This document shows, in pieces, positions 30,249 through 39,552 of a stretch of DNA of 64,000 nucleotides. The stretch covers positions 128,001 to 192,000 of the forward strand of contig CAWCXJ010000004.1 of assembly GCA_963799485.1 (NCBI GenBank), read 5' to 3'. The translations under genes and the position numbers were made by a program. Below the pieces are notes generated by a model that worked only from the letters and a program-made list of their open reading frames with translations, did not search any database and had not been told where the DNA came from. The stretch's first letter is position 1. Every line of letters starts with the position of its first letter. Origin of the DNA: an uncultured Trueperaceae bacterium (GTDB taxonomy: Bacteria; Deinococcota; Deinococci; Deinococcales; Trueperaceae).

Positions 30249-30839
30249 CAAAGAACCTCCTATAGGTTGTCTTGCCTCAAACAGTTTACCCAAAACAGTT
30301 TACGGTATCGGGCGAGCGTGTTCGTCGGATTAGCTCAGGGGTTGGAACACAGACGCCGACATCTACCGTGAAGTTGGGCGCGGCTCGCGCGTCTGACAGG
30401 CGTATTGTCAGCAGCCGGGTCAGGCGGCGCGCCGACTCAAGTCATCATGTCTCCGGAAAACTCGGGACGATTCATTTGAGGCATCAGAAGCGCTCGACAC
30501 GCTCGCGCAAGCTCGCCGAAACACCCCTACCGGAAACTGTCGCTTGTCGCAATAAGACTGCACCTTAGCTGGCGCGAGGCGACTCGCTCCCGCCGCAGCC
30601 GTGATGCTCGAGCCCCTCGACCAAGGCGTTTTGACGAGCACGCATTAGCTACGCGGGACACTAACGCCGCCGGCGCTTTAGCTGCTGGCGTTTCCGCTTG
30701 CGCGCGCGGCTTTGGAACCGGCTGAGCTGAAAAACGCCCCCGTCAGGGTGGCGACCAGGGCGCTTAAACTGGCAAACCAGGCTTGAGGCTGAAGTTTTGA
30801 AAGCCCTAGGTACACCTCTCTCGCCGTAAAATGCACGTG

Positions 30840-31550
30840 CTAAACCTTGTCCGACATCCGCCCCTGCTGCACCGCCTCGGCAACGGTTTGCGGCAGCCCC
30901 CACGCGACAATATCGAAGGCGACGGCGGCAAAGTCATATTCGACCTTGTCCATCGTGACGCTGAGCCCCGCATCGGAAAAGGTGAGCAGCGCGTAGTCCG
31001 CCCCCGGTTCACCGTTGAGCGACAACCCGACCGACCCGGGATTGACGATCCAGCCGCCGCCAAGCTGCCGGTAAAACGGCACGTGCGAGTTGCCGACGGC
31101 TAAAACCTTGCAGCGCTGCTGCTCTAAGAGTTGTCCGAGCCCTTGGGAGCCGCCCAGACTGATTCGCGCCGGTACGTCGAGCGTGCCGTGCAGGGCGCGG
31201 AAGCGTCCCTGGGGGGTGCTGAGGCGGAGCTGGGTCGGGAGCGAACGCAAAAAGGTGACGTGTCGCGGGTCGATAACCGAGCGTGTCCAGGTGAGGATTT
31301 CGTCGGCGACCCCGGCGCGCGGCCTGTTGCTGCGGGCAAAGTCGAAGGCGACTTGTTCGTCGGCCGCGCCAAGGACGCAGAGCACCTTCTCTTGCCGTAA
31401 AAGCTCAAGCGTTTCGTTCGGTGACGGTCCGTAGCCTACGAGGTCACCCAGACAGATGACGCTCTGTGCGCCCCGGCGTTTAAGTTCGCCGAGAGCAGCC
31501 TCGAGCGCCAGCACATTGGCGTGGACATCGCTGATAAGCCCGATAATCAT
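30840..31550 (-). CDS. Metallophosphoesterase family protein
   Basis: ISDVHAN, CLGDLVGYGP, NPGSVG; the usual GNHD and GHTH motifs appear as GAAD and GNSH. Confidence 0.85.
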   Translation of the reverse strand: MIIGLISDVHANVLALEAALGELKRRGAQSVICLGDLVGYGPSPNETLELLRQEKVLCVLGAADEQVAFDFARSNRPRAGVADEILTWTRSVIDPRHVTFLRSLPTQLRLSTPQGRFRALHGTLDVPARISLGGSQGLGQLLEQQRCKVLAVGNSHVPFYRQLGGGWIVNPGSVGLSLNGEPGADYALLTFSDAGLSVTMDKVEYDFAAVAFDIVAWGLPQTVAEAVQQGRMSDKV

Positions 31551-31671
31551 AGCCCTACCCGCGTCCGGTTTACCCACATCGGTTTCACCCGCAGAGTGTA
31601 GCACCGGAGTCCGGCGTCTAGATAGCAAGAATCTCTCAACTTGGGTGGTCTACCCAGAACTCACGGTCGTG

Positions 31672-32928
31672 TTAGCCTTCAGCCTCTAACGCGGGTACGC
31701 CGTCCGTTTCGCTAACTCCTTCATGCCGGAGACCGGGCAAAAGTGCCGCCAGAATCCCCATCCCAAGCGTTAGAACCGACGCGAACGCGAGAATCGCCCG
31801 GATGCCGAACAAATCCGCGAGCCCGCCGACGCCCATTCCCAAGACAATCGAGCCTTCGATCCCGACAAAATACGCGCCGATCACTCGGCCCCGCAGCCCA
31901 GCCGGGGTTTTACGCTGAAACAGTAGCCGAATGGCGATGATTGCCGGAGCGTTGAAAAAGCCGACGATAGCAAAAAACAACACCGCTAACGTTACGGTGT
32001 TCGTAAAGGTATAGAGAAGTGCGGCGAGCCCGAGACTAGTGATGCTTAAAGCCATCCAGTTGCGTTCAGAAAGCCGGTTGCCGAAACTCGCCATCATAAA
32101 GCTGCCGATAACGAAACCGACCGAGGTCAGCGCCTCCTGAACCCCGAAAGCGGTTTCAGATGCGCCTAAAACCGTAATAGTAAAGGGCAGGGTCAGCGTG
32201 TTGAGGACGCCCGAGGCGAAACCGATCCCGAAACCGATGCTCAGCACTGCGCGCAGCACCCGGTGGCTGAAGAGATAGTCGAGCCCTTTACGCATGTTCC
32301 GCACGACCATCCTAAAGTTCGTCTCTTCGGTATTGCCCAGCTTGGCTACCGTAATTCCCATCAGGCAAACTCCGGCGAATACGAACGTCAGGGCGTCGAG
32401 CAAGAATACCCAGCCGAGTTCAAACTGTGCTGCTAACAGGCCCGCAGCCGCGTAACCGACCGCCGTCGAACCAACCGTGCTGATCGACATCAGCGAGTTG
32501 GCGGCGGCGAGCTCTTCGTCCGTGGCGAGTTCGGGCAAGACGCTTTCATACGCGGGCGAGTAAAACTGCCGGGCACAGCTCGAGAGCCCCACCAGCAAGT
32601 AGAGCCAGACCAGCCCGTAGGGAATCAGCAAGGGGATGAGCGCGACAAACCCGGCCTGCACAAAACTGCTCACGACCAAAATGCGTTTGCGGTCGTAACG
32701 GTCGGCGATCACGCCGCCGAACAGTCCAAAGATCAGGCTCGGCAACGACGTCGCCATCAGCATCAGCCCGACCGAGAGAGCCGAGCCGGTCAGCCGGTAA
32801 ACGAGGATGCCGGCGGTCAGGGCGGTCAGCGCGTCGCCGATGGTCGAGACGAGCTGCCCCGTCCACATCAGGGTGAACGAACGGTTTCTAAAAACCGCAA
32901 AGGGGGATATCTGCGGGGGTTGTGACAT
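31672..32928 (-). CDS. MFS transporter (DHA3/macrolide-efflux-like)
   Basis: FRNRSFTLMWTGQLVSTIGD, GGVIADRYDRKRIL, LRGRVIG. Confidence 0.88.
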   Translation of the reverse strand: MSQPPQISPFAVFRNRSFTLMWTGQLVSTIGDALTALTAGILVYRLTGSALSVGLMLMATSLPSLIFGLFGGVIADRYDRKRILVVSSFVQAGFVALIPLLIPYGLVWLYLLVGLSSCARQFYSPAYESVLPELATDEELAAANSLMSISTVGSTAVGYAAAGLLAAQFELGWVFLLDALTFVFAGVCLMGITVAKLGNTEETNFRMVVRNMRKGLDYLFSHRVLRAVLSIGFGIGFASGVLNTLTLPFTITVLGASETAFGVQEALTSVGFVIGSFMMASFGNRLSERNWMALSITSLGLAALLYTFTNTVTLAVLFFAIVGFFNAPAIIAIRLLFQRKTPAGLRGRVIGAYFVGIEGSIVLGMGVGGLADLFGIRAILAFASVLTLGMGILAALLPGLRHEGVSETDGVPALEAEG

Positions 32929-33438
32929 GTGTGTCCTCGAGCGCCGTACTCGGGTGTTCGGCGTTCTAGCAGTCTGCCGAAAAAGCACAGCGGGCTGGGC
33001 TGAGTAGCAAGATAACACGGCCTTGAAAGAAAGTAGCGGGGAATTACACATGGCCCTGACTTTGCGCTGTTTCACCCCCCTTCCGCCGGGACGTACTCAG
33101 CAGCGCTTTTTAACTGATGGGGGTGGCGAACGCAGGTTTTTGGCAAGTGTAGCCTGGCAGATGTCGCTGCGACCCCGGTTTCGTCCCGGACACACTCGGC
33201 TTGAACGAAGGTTCGGGTCGGTTCAGCCGTAAAAGTAGTAAGCTACTACTTCTAACGGCCCTGGTTGGGTGTACTTATTGGGGAGACTCGAGTTTTTATC
33301 CGGTTAATTTGGGACTGCCGAAGCGGTGCGGCAGACCTCAGAAACCAGGTTTCGTCCGAGCTTAAGCGCAAGTGGGGTAGCCGAGGCGTTTTCCGGGTGT
33401 TTGCTCGAGCTAAACAACTGCGGGATAAGGGGGATATT

Positions 33439-34794
33439 ATGTCAACGAAAGTCGGCAGTAGGGCATTGGCGCAGCTACTTAAGTCGGGTGCGGTTCTCTT
33501 GGGGAGCAGCGCCCTTTTGCTTCTTACGGCGTCGCAACCTGTGGCGGTCAGCGGCGATCTCGCCGTTTCCGGGTTCAGTTTGCCCGACGAAATCGCCAGC
33601 GTGCGCGTCGATACCTTTCGGGAGGCGTATCCCGAAGTGAACCTCAACTTGCCGGAAGGGTCTTTCGACCCGCAGCAGTTTTTGACGGCGGTCGCCAGCC
33701 GTAACGTACCCGACGTCATCTATCTGGGCCGCGACGACCTCAGCACCTACGCGACGCGCGGGGCCATTCAGCCGCTTGAAGAATGCATCGCGTCGCAAAA
33801 TATCGATACGAGCCAGTACCGCGAGACGGCCTTAAATCAGGTTACGGTCGATGGTCAGATTTACGGTATTCCCGAGTTCTATAACATCATTGCGCTGATC
33901 TTGTCCGACCAGGCTTTCGCCGACGCGGGACTCGAGCCCGAAACCTTTAGTACAAGTGACTGGGACGAGCTGTCACAGTTTAACGAGCAGCTGACGCGCG
34001 TAGAAGACGGCGAGCTGACCCGCATCGGGTTCGACCCCAAACTCCCCGAGTTTTTTCCGCTCTGGGTGCGGGCCAACGGGGGCCAGCTTTTGTCCGACGA
34101 CGGACGAAGAGCGATGCTCGACACGCCCGAGGCGGTTGAAGCGCTGACCTATACCATCGGCCTGCACGAAGTTGCCGGGGGCCGTCAGGCGTTTTCGGCG
34201 TTCCGCGATACCTGGGACTTTTTCGGGGCCGACAACGAATTGGTCGCCGACCAGCTTGCGGCGTTCCCGATGGAGCAGTGGTACTTCAACGTTTTGGCCG
34301 AAGTGTCGCCCGACTTGAATATCACCGTAAAACCGTTTACCGACCGGCAGGGTGAACCCGTCACCTTTGCCACCGGCAACACCTGGGCGATTCCGCGCGG
34401 CGCAGAGAACCCCGAGGCGGCGTGCGCCTTTATGAAGACGATGACCGCGCCCGAAACGTGGCTGGCAGCGGCGCGGGCGCGCGCTAAAACCCGAGCCGCC
34501 GACGGTCGGCTTTTTACCGGCGTCTACACCGGCAACCGCGTCGCCGACGAACAGATTTTTAGCAATGTGTACCAGCCGAGCGGGAACGCGCCTTTCGACA
34601 ACGCCGTTAAGGTCGCCCTCGCGGTTCAAGACAAAGCCTTTGCCATTCCTGCCAATCCCGCCGGAGCCCAGTTTCGCCAAGCCTGGATGGACGCCGTAAA
34701 CCGCGCCTTAAACGGCGAGCAAGACCCGCAAGCGGCGCTCGAGCAGGCCCAAGAGGAGGCGCAAGAAGCACTCGACGACGCCTGGAGCCGCTAG
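33439..34794 (+). CDS. Carbohydrate ABC transporter solute-binding protein
   Basis: SBP_bac_1-like (PDVIYL, DGQIYGIP, WAIPRGAENPEAACAFMK); followed by two permeases. Confidence 0.88.
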   Translation: MSTKVGSRALAQLLKSGAVLLGSSALLLLTASQPVAVSGDLAVSGFSLPDEIASVRVDTFREAYPEVNLNLPEGSFDPQQFLTAVASRNVPDVIYLGRDDLSTYATRGAIQPLEECIASQNIDTSQYRETALNQVTVDGQIYGIPEFYNIIALILSDQAFADAGLEPETFSTSDWDELSQFNEQLTRVEDGELTRIGFDPKLPEFFPLWVRANGGQLLSDDGRRAMLDTPEAVEALTYTIGLHEVAGGRQAFSAFRDTWDFFGADNELVADQLAAFPMEQWYFNVLAEVSPDLNITVKPFTDRQGEPVTFATGNTWAIPRGAENPEAACAFMKTMTAPETWLAAARARAKTRAADGRLFTGVYTGNRVADEQIFSNVYQPSGNAPFDNAVKVALAVQDKAFAIPANPAGAQFRQAWMDAVNRALNGEQDPQAALEQAQEEAQEALDDAWSR

Positions 34795-34795
34795 G

Positions 34796-35698
34796 ATGCA
34801 GCGCGGAGGCTTGCAGCGGGCCGAAGCCCGAGCTGCCCTCGGGTTTATCTCGCCCTGGCTTATCGGTTTCGCTGTCTTTACCGCGCTGCCGATGATTGCC
34901 AGCCTGGTCTTGTCGTTTACCGAGTACGACGTGCTGCAACCGCCGCGTTTTATCGGCCTCGAGAACTATCAAGAACTCGTTCAAGACCCCCGGCTCAGGC
35001 AGAGTATTCTCAATACCTTCTTTTACGCCGCGCTGCATGTGCCGCTCTCGACGATGGTTGCGCTCGCACTCGCGCTGCTCCTCAACCGCGTGGTGCGCGC
35101 TGCCGGGTTTTTCCGGACGGTGTTTTACCTGCCGTCGGTCACACCTGCGGTCGCAGTCGGCGCGCTCTGGCTCTGGCTCCTCAATCCGCGTATCGGGCTG
35201 ATCAACCGGGGGCTCGAGTTTTTCGGCATCCCCGGCCCCGGTTGGACCACCGACCCCATGTGGATAAAACCCGGCATCGTGTTGATGAGTTTATGGTCGG
35301 TCGGCAGCACCGTGATCATCTTTTACGCGGCCCTCCGCAACGTTCCGCACGACCTTTACGAAGCTGCCCGTATCGAAGGAGCCCGTGCCTGGCACGAGTT
35401 TCGTTTCGTCACCTTACCGCTGATCAGCGGCGCAGTTTTTTTTACGCTGATCGTCAACACTATCGCCTCGTTACAGATTTTTGCCGAAGTCTATACCATG
35501 TTTTTCGGACAGATGGATTCGGGCGCGGCGCAAAACGCCGCACTTTTTTACGTGATCTACCTTTTCAGGCAAGCGTTCGAGTTCTTAAATATCGGTTACG
35601 CTTCGGCGATGGCGTGGCTTTTATTCGTCATCACCCTGAGCTTGACCCTGATTCAGCTGCGCGTCAGTCGGCGCTGGGTCTACTATGAAGGGCGCTGA
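34796..35698 (+). CDS. Carbohydrate ABC transporter permease
   Basis: FISPWLIGF, FFRTVFYLP, LYEAARIEGA (EAA motif). Confidence 0.92.
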   Translation: MQRGGLQRAEARAALGFISPWLIGFAVFTALPMIASLVLSFTEYDVLQPPRFIGLENYQELVQDPRLRQSILNTFFYAALHVPLSTMVALALALLLNRVVRAAGFFRTVFYLPSVTPAVAVGALWLWLLNPRIGLINRGLEFFGIPGPGWTTDPMWIKPGIVLMSLWSVGSTVIIFYAALRNVPHDLYEAARIEGARAWHEFRFVTLPLISGAVFFTLIVNTIASLQIFAEVYTMFFGQMDSGAAQNAALFYVIYLFRQAFEFLNIGYASAMAWLLFVITLSLTLIQLRVSRRWVYYEGR

Positions 35699-35701
35699 AG
35701 T

Positions 35702-36592
35702 ATGGACAATGCCAGTCGGCAAAAGGTATTGGTTCCCGCCCGGGAGGTAGGCCGGTCTCGCCCAAAGTTCACCGCCGGACGCATAGTCTTTTTTGTCCTG
35801 CTGCTTGGTTGTACGGTGCTTTTTCTTGCGCCGCTGTTCTGGCTGGTCAGCGCCTCGCTTAAAACGCGGGCCGAGGTCTTTAGCTCGGCGTGGCTACCTA
35901 ACCCTGTTGCGTGGGGAAACTACGTGCGTATCTGGGAGGCTGCGCCTATCCTGACGTGGCTGAAAAACAGTTTGCTGGTCGGAGTTTTAGCGGCGCTGTC
36001 GGTGACTTTAAGCAGCGCCGCGGTAGCTTTCGGCTTCGCCAATTTCCGTTTTCGTGGTCGTGACGCGCTCTTTGGCTTGGTGCTGGCCACGATGATGCTG
36101 CCGGGCGCGGTCACGATGATTCCGACGTTCTTAATCTGGGACAGGTTAAACGCAGTCAATACCCTGACGCCGCTCTGGGCCGGGAACCTGTTCGGGTCGG
36201 CGTTTTATATCTTTTTGCTGCGCCAGTTTTACCTGAGCTTGCCGCGCGAGCTTTTTGAAGCGGCCCGGATCGACGGCGCGAGTTTTTTTCAGGCGTGGTG
36301 GCGGGTGGCGCTGCCCTTGACGCGTTCGGCCCTGATCGTCGTCTTTATCTTTGAATTTAAGGCGAGCTGGACTGACCTCATCAAACCGCTCATCTATCTT
36401 TACGACAATGCGCTTTTTACGATGCCCAGGGGCGTTAAGGCGATTGTCGACCGTTTCGGTCAGGGCGGCGAGATGCAGTGGGAACTGGTGATGGCGGCGA
36501 CGGTTATCCTGACGGTGCCGATGGTGCTTATTTTCTTGTTGGGTCAGCGGTACTTCGTTCGGGGGATTGCTACGACCGGAAACAAAGGCTGA
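35702..36592 (+). CDS. Carbohydrate ABC transporter permease
   Basis: FRFRGRDALF, FLLRQFY, LFEAARIDGA. Confidence 0.92.
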   Translation: MDNASRQKVLVPAREVGRSRPKFTAGRIVFFVLLLGCTVLFLAPLFWLVSASLKTRAEVFSSAWLPNPVAWGNYVRIWEAAPILTWLKNSLLVGVLAALSVTLSSAAVAFGFANFRFRGRDALFGLVLATMMLPGAVTMIPTFLIWDRLNAVNTLTPLWAGNLFGSAFYIFLLRQFYLSLPRELFEAARIDGASFFQAWWRVALPLTRSALIVVFIFEFKASWTDLIKPLIYLYDNALFTMPRGVKAIVDRFGQGGEMQWELVMAATVILTVPMVLIFLLGQRYFVRGIATTGNKG

Positions 36593-36600
36593 CCTGCACA

Positions 36601-36643
36601 TGTTTTAACCTGTTTTAACCTGTTTTAATCTGTTTTAACCTGT
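36601..36643. repeat. Tandem 10-bp repeat (TGTTTTAACC) x4
   Basis: tgttttaacc tgttttaacc tgttttaatc tgttttaacc tgt; the last unit contains the Rieske stop codon. Confidence 0.9.
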
Positions 36644-37231
36644 GCGTTTAGGCAGCTCGCGCCCCACCGCCACCAGCGCCTCACCCTGCACCGCGAGCTG
36701 TACCCGGGGCAGAGGTTCACGCGCGGGGCCGCTCACGGCTTTACCGGCCTCGAGCGGCGCGAACACGCTGAGGTGACACGGGCACGCCAAGACCGGATGT
36801 TCGGCGCGGTAGTTGAAGGCGACCTCGAGGGTTCCCAGGTCACGCCGTAACGAGACCGGGCAACCCAGGTGCGTACACACGCGGCTAAAAGCCAAATAGT
36901 GCCGTTCGCCTACGCTAAGGCCGCCGGGAACCGCGACCGGCACGCGGAACGCGAGCGCAGGCGTTTCACCGGCTGGTGTTGTCAAGGTAAACGGCGCAGC
37001 GCTCCAGAGGTCGTCAAGTTCCCCCAAAGAAGCAATCCGTTGGGGTGATACCGGCACAAAATCAGGCGTCCGGGGCGTCACCTTACTGAAGTGAACGTAA
37101 TACGCCTCCCACGCCCCCCAACCCACTGCGCCCAGCGTCGCCAGAACCGGCAGCCGCCAGAGCCAGGTGATAAGGGTGCGGCGTTCGACCAGCGGGGCGG
37201 CGGGTTTTACCGACTGTTCCAGGTCGTTCAT
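36635..37231 (-). CDS. Rieske [2Fe-2S] protein with Tat-like signal
   Basis: ERRTLI twin-arginine plus TM; CTHLGC and CPCHLS boxes; GPAREPLP. Confidence 0.9.
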   Translation of the reverse strand: MNDLEQSVKPAAPLVERRTLITWLWRLPVLATLGAVGWGAWEAYYVHFSKVTPRTPDFVPVSPQRIASLGELDDLWSAAPFTLTTPAGETPALAFRVPVAVPGGLSVGERHYLAFSRVCTHLGCPVSLRRDLGTLEVAFNYRAEHPVLACPCHLSVFAPLEAGKAVSGPAREPLPRVQLAVQGEALVAVGRELPKRTG

Positions 37232-37238
37232 AAAGTAC

Positions 37239-38549
37239 CTATGGCGTGCTGAGCGGGAGCGGGGTTCTGGTGATCGCTTCGGACGTTTCTGAAGGCGTAT
37301 CTGAAGCTGAAGGCGGCGGCGCACCGGTGCGGAGGCGCTGCTCGGCGTTGGCAATCAGGCTCGGGACGCGTCCGGCCTTGGCTTTGCCCCCGGCGATCTC
37401 GACGTAACTTTGCCACACCTCAATCGCCTTGCGGTACTGCCCCAGAGCAAAGTGCGCGTTGCCTAAAAAGAGGAGCGTTTGCAGGTCGGTGGGCTCGAGC
37501 GTGCGTGCTCTAACTAGAACGGCAATGGCATCCTTGTTACGACCGCCAAAAAAGAGCTGTTGCCCGACACGCGAAAGTGCCGTAGCGTTTTGCGGATTGG
37601 CTTCGGTCAGGAGCCTGAAATAGTAGTCCACCGCGCGCGAACGTTCCTGACGCGTCCAGTAACTGTTGGCAAGCGCCAGCAGGTTCTTTTCGTTCGGGGT
37701 TTTATTGACTGCAATTACGAGCGGCGCAAAGGTTTGAGCCAGCTCGAGCCGCCCCTCGACCTCTTTGTCACCCGCACCCCCCGGCGCGTTCAGGTAGCTC
37801 TGCCACGCTTCGGCAGCGGCGGTCATGTCCTGATTGGCGTAGTAGATTTCGCCTAAAAAGTAGAGGGTCTCGAGGTTGTTCGGGGCGGCGTTTCGGGCCA
37901 GCTCGAGGTACTTGAGCGCACTGGCGACGTTGACCTGAAGCTGCAACATCCCCAGCCGCTCGTAAGCTACTGCCGGAACGGGCTTCACGGTATTTAGTAC
38001 CTGCAAGTAGACTTCTTGCGCCTTATCGCCGTTTTGCGCCTGCCAGTAGCCGTCGGCGAGCGCCAGCAGGTTTTCCTCGGAAGGGTCACGCGCGGCGGCG
38101 CGCTCGAGCCCCGTCAGCTGCCGTCCGGTAATCGAGGCCGTGCTCCCGTCTGCGGCGACAATTTCAGGGGACGCGTTCTGGGCCATGAAAACCGCGCCAC
38201 CTAGTCCGGCCCCAAGCATTGTCACCGAAGCCAGCGACAAGGCCCACGGGCTAGCACGCCTTGTGCGCGTGTCAACCGAAGACACCGGGCGTTCGTCGAG
38301 GGCGCGTAAGACTTTGGCGGTTTTCGCTTCGTAACGGGTACGCAGGGCGTCGCGCCTCGCTTCGGGGAGGTCGGTGCGCGCGTCGAGTTCACGAATGGCT
38401 CTGAGCAGCGCGTCACGTTCTTCCTCGAGGTCTTGCGTTACCGGGTCACGCAGGTCGGGCAATGTATCGGTTTGACCGGGGACGAGCAGCGGAACCGCCA
38501 GATAGATAAAGAGTAAAACTGCCAGCACGATGATAAAAACAGTCGTCAT
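37239..38549 (-). CDS. ccmI: Cytochrome c biogenesis TPR protein (CcmI/CycH-like)
   Basis: Two N-terminal TMs with coiled coil, TPR array, position after ccmH. Confidence 0.75.
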   Translation of the reverse strand: MTTVFIIVLAVLLFIYLAVPLLVPGQTDTLPDLRDPVTQDLEEERDALLRAIRELDARTDLPEARRDALRTRYEAKTAKVLRALDERPVSSVDTRTRRASPWALSLASVTMLGAGLGGAVFMAQNASPEIVAADGSTASITGRQLTGLERAAARDPSEENLLALADGYWQAQNGDKAQEVYLQVLNTVKPVPAVAYERLGMLQLQVNVASALKYLELARNAAPNNLETLYFLGEIYYANQDMTAAAEAWQSYLNAPGGAGDKEVEGRLELAQTFAPLVIAVNKTPNEKNLLALANSYWTRQERSRAVDYYFRLLTEANPQNATALSRVGQQLFFGGRNKDAIAVLVRARTLEPTDLQTLLFLGNAHFALGQYRKAIEVWQSYVEIAGGKAKAGRVPSLIANAEQRLRTGAPPPSASDTPSETSEAITRTPLPLSTP

Positions 38550-38998
38550 AATCCTCCCAACTCGCGTCGGACACGTTCTTTTTCCTCGGCGCTGAGCGTT
38601 ACCGGAACCGCCGCATTTTTACGCCAGCGCATCAGAAAGTACCCGAGCGTACCGAAACCGAGGGCACCGGCGACCAGCGGCAACCCCCAGACCCAGAGGT
38701 AAATTCCCCGCCGGGGCGGGTTCAGCAAAATCCAGTCGCCGTACTTCTGCTGGAAAAAAGCCAGGATCTGCGCCCTGTCTTGGCCTGCTTGCAACTGTTC
38801 CCGGATGATGTTGCGAAACTCGATGCTCGCACGTGAACTCGACTGGGCGGCATTTTCGGAGCGGCAGACCGGGCAGCGCAGTTCGGCGGCGACCTTGAAG
38901 ACTTCGCGCTCGAGCTGCACCTGCGCGTAGGCCGAACCTGTAACTGCGCCCAGTACAGTGGCTAGCACCGCGACTAAAACCAAAACGACACGTTTCAT
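38546..38998 (-). CDS. ccmH: Cytochrome c biogenesis protein CcmH
   Basis: LRCPVC motif; KYGDWILLNPP. Confidence 0.92.
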   Translation of the reverse strand: MKRVVLVLVAVLATVLGAVTGSAYAQVQLEREVFKVAAELRCPVCRSENAAQSSSRASIEFRNIIREQLQAGQDRAQILAFFQQKYGDWILLNPPRRGIYLWVWGLPLVAGALGFGTLGYFLMRWRKNAAVPVTLSAEEKERVRRELGGL

Positions 38999-39552
38999 GA
39001 ATTCCTCAGCAGCGCCTGAATCTGCTCGTCCATGATCTTTTGGGGGATTGCGCCCGAATGCCGGTAGCTGAGCGTCCCATCGGCGCGGATAAAAAACGTT
39101 TCGGGCAGGCCGAAAAGCCCGTAATCGATGTTGATGCGGTTTTTTTGGTCGATACCGCTCGGGTAGCTGAGGCCGAACTCGTCCATAAGCGCTTCTGCGT
39201 CTCGCTTGCTCGTTTCCTGCGTATTGATGCCGACGAATAAAACGTCTTGTTGATACTCGAGCCACGTCGCTTGCAAGATGGGCATCTCTTCGCGGCACGG
39301 CAGACACCACGACGCCCAGAAGTTCACAACCATCGGTCTACCCGCATACGCCGCTTTATCGAAGGTCACACCGTATTCGGCCTGGTAGCGCTCAAACAGC
39401 GGCATCGAAAAGTTCGGAGTCGCTTTGTCTAGCAGCGCCGAGGGGATGTCGCTCCGCTGCGTCGGGTCGCGCGAAATGCCGAAGACGAATAACCCCGTGA
39501 GTGCGCCGGCAACGACGAAGACACCCAAAAGTCGTCTAAAGCTCTTGTTCAT
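38995..39552 (-). CDS. ccmG: Thiol:disulfide oxidoreductase CcmG/DsbE (TlpA family)
   Basis: VNFWASWCLPCREE, YGLFGLPETFFI; operon position. Confidence 0.88.
   Translation of the reverse strand: MNKSFRRLLGVFVVAGALTGLFVFGISRDPTQRSDIPSALLDKATPNFSMPLFERYQAEYGVTFDKAAYAGRPMVVNFWASWCLPCREEMPILQATWLEYQQDVLFVGINTQETSKRDAEALMDEFGLSYPSGIDQKNRINIDYGLFGLPETFFIRADGTLSYRHSGAIPQKIMDEQIQALLRNS

Noticed and set aside
30661..30903. Minus-strand ORF with a very basic tail (RARKRKRQQLKRRRR), possible ribosomal Thx/bS22-like peptide
   Set aside because: No plausible start or RBS outside the upstream gene, and no match to those proteins that I recognise
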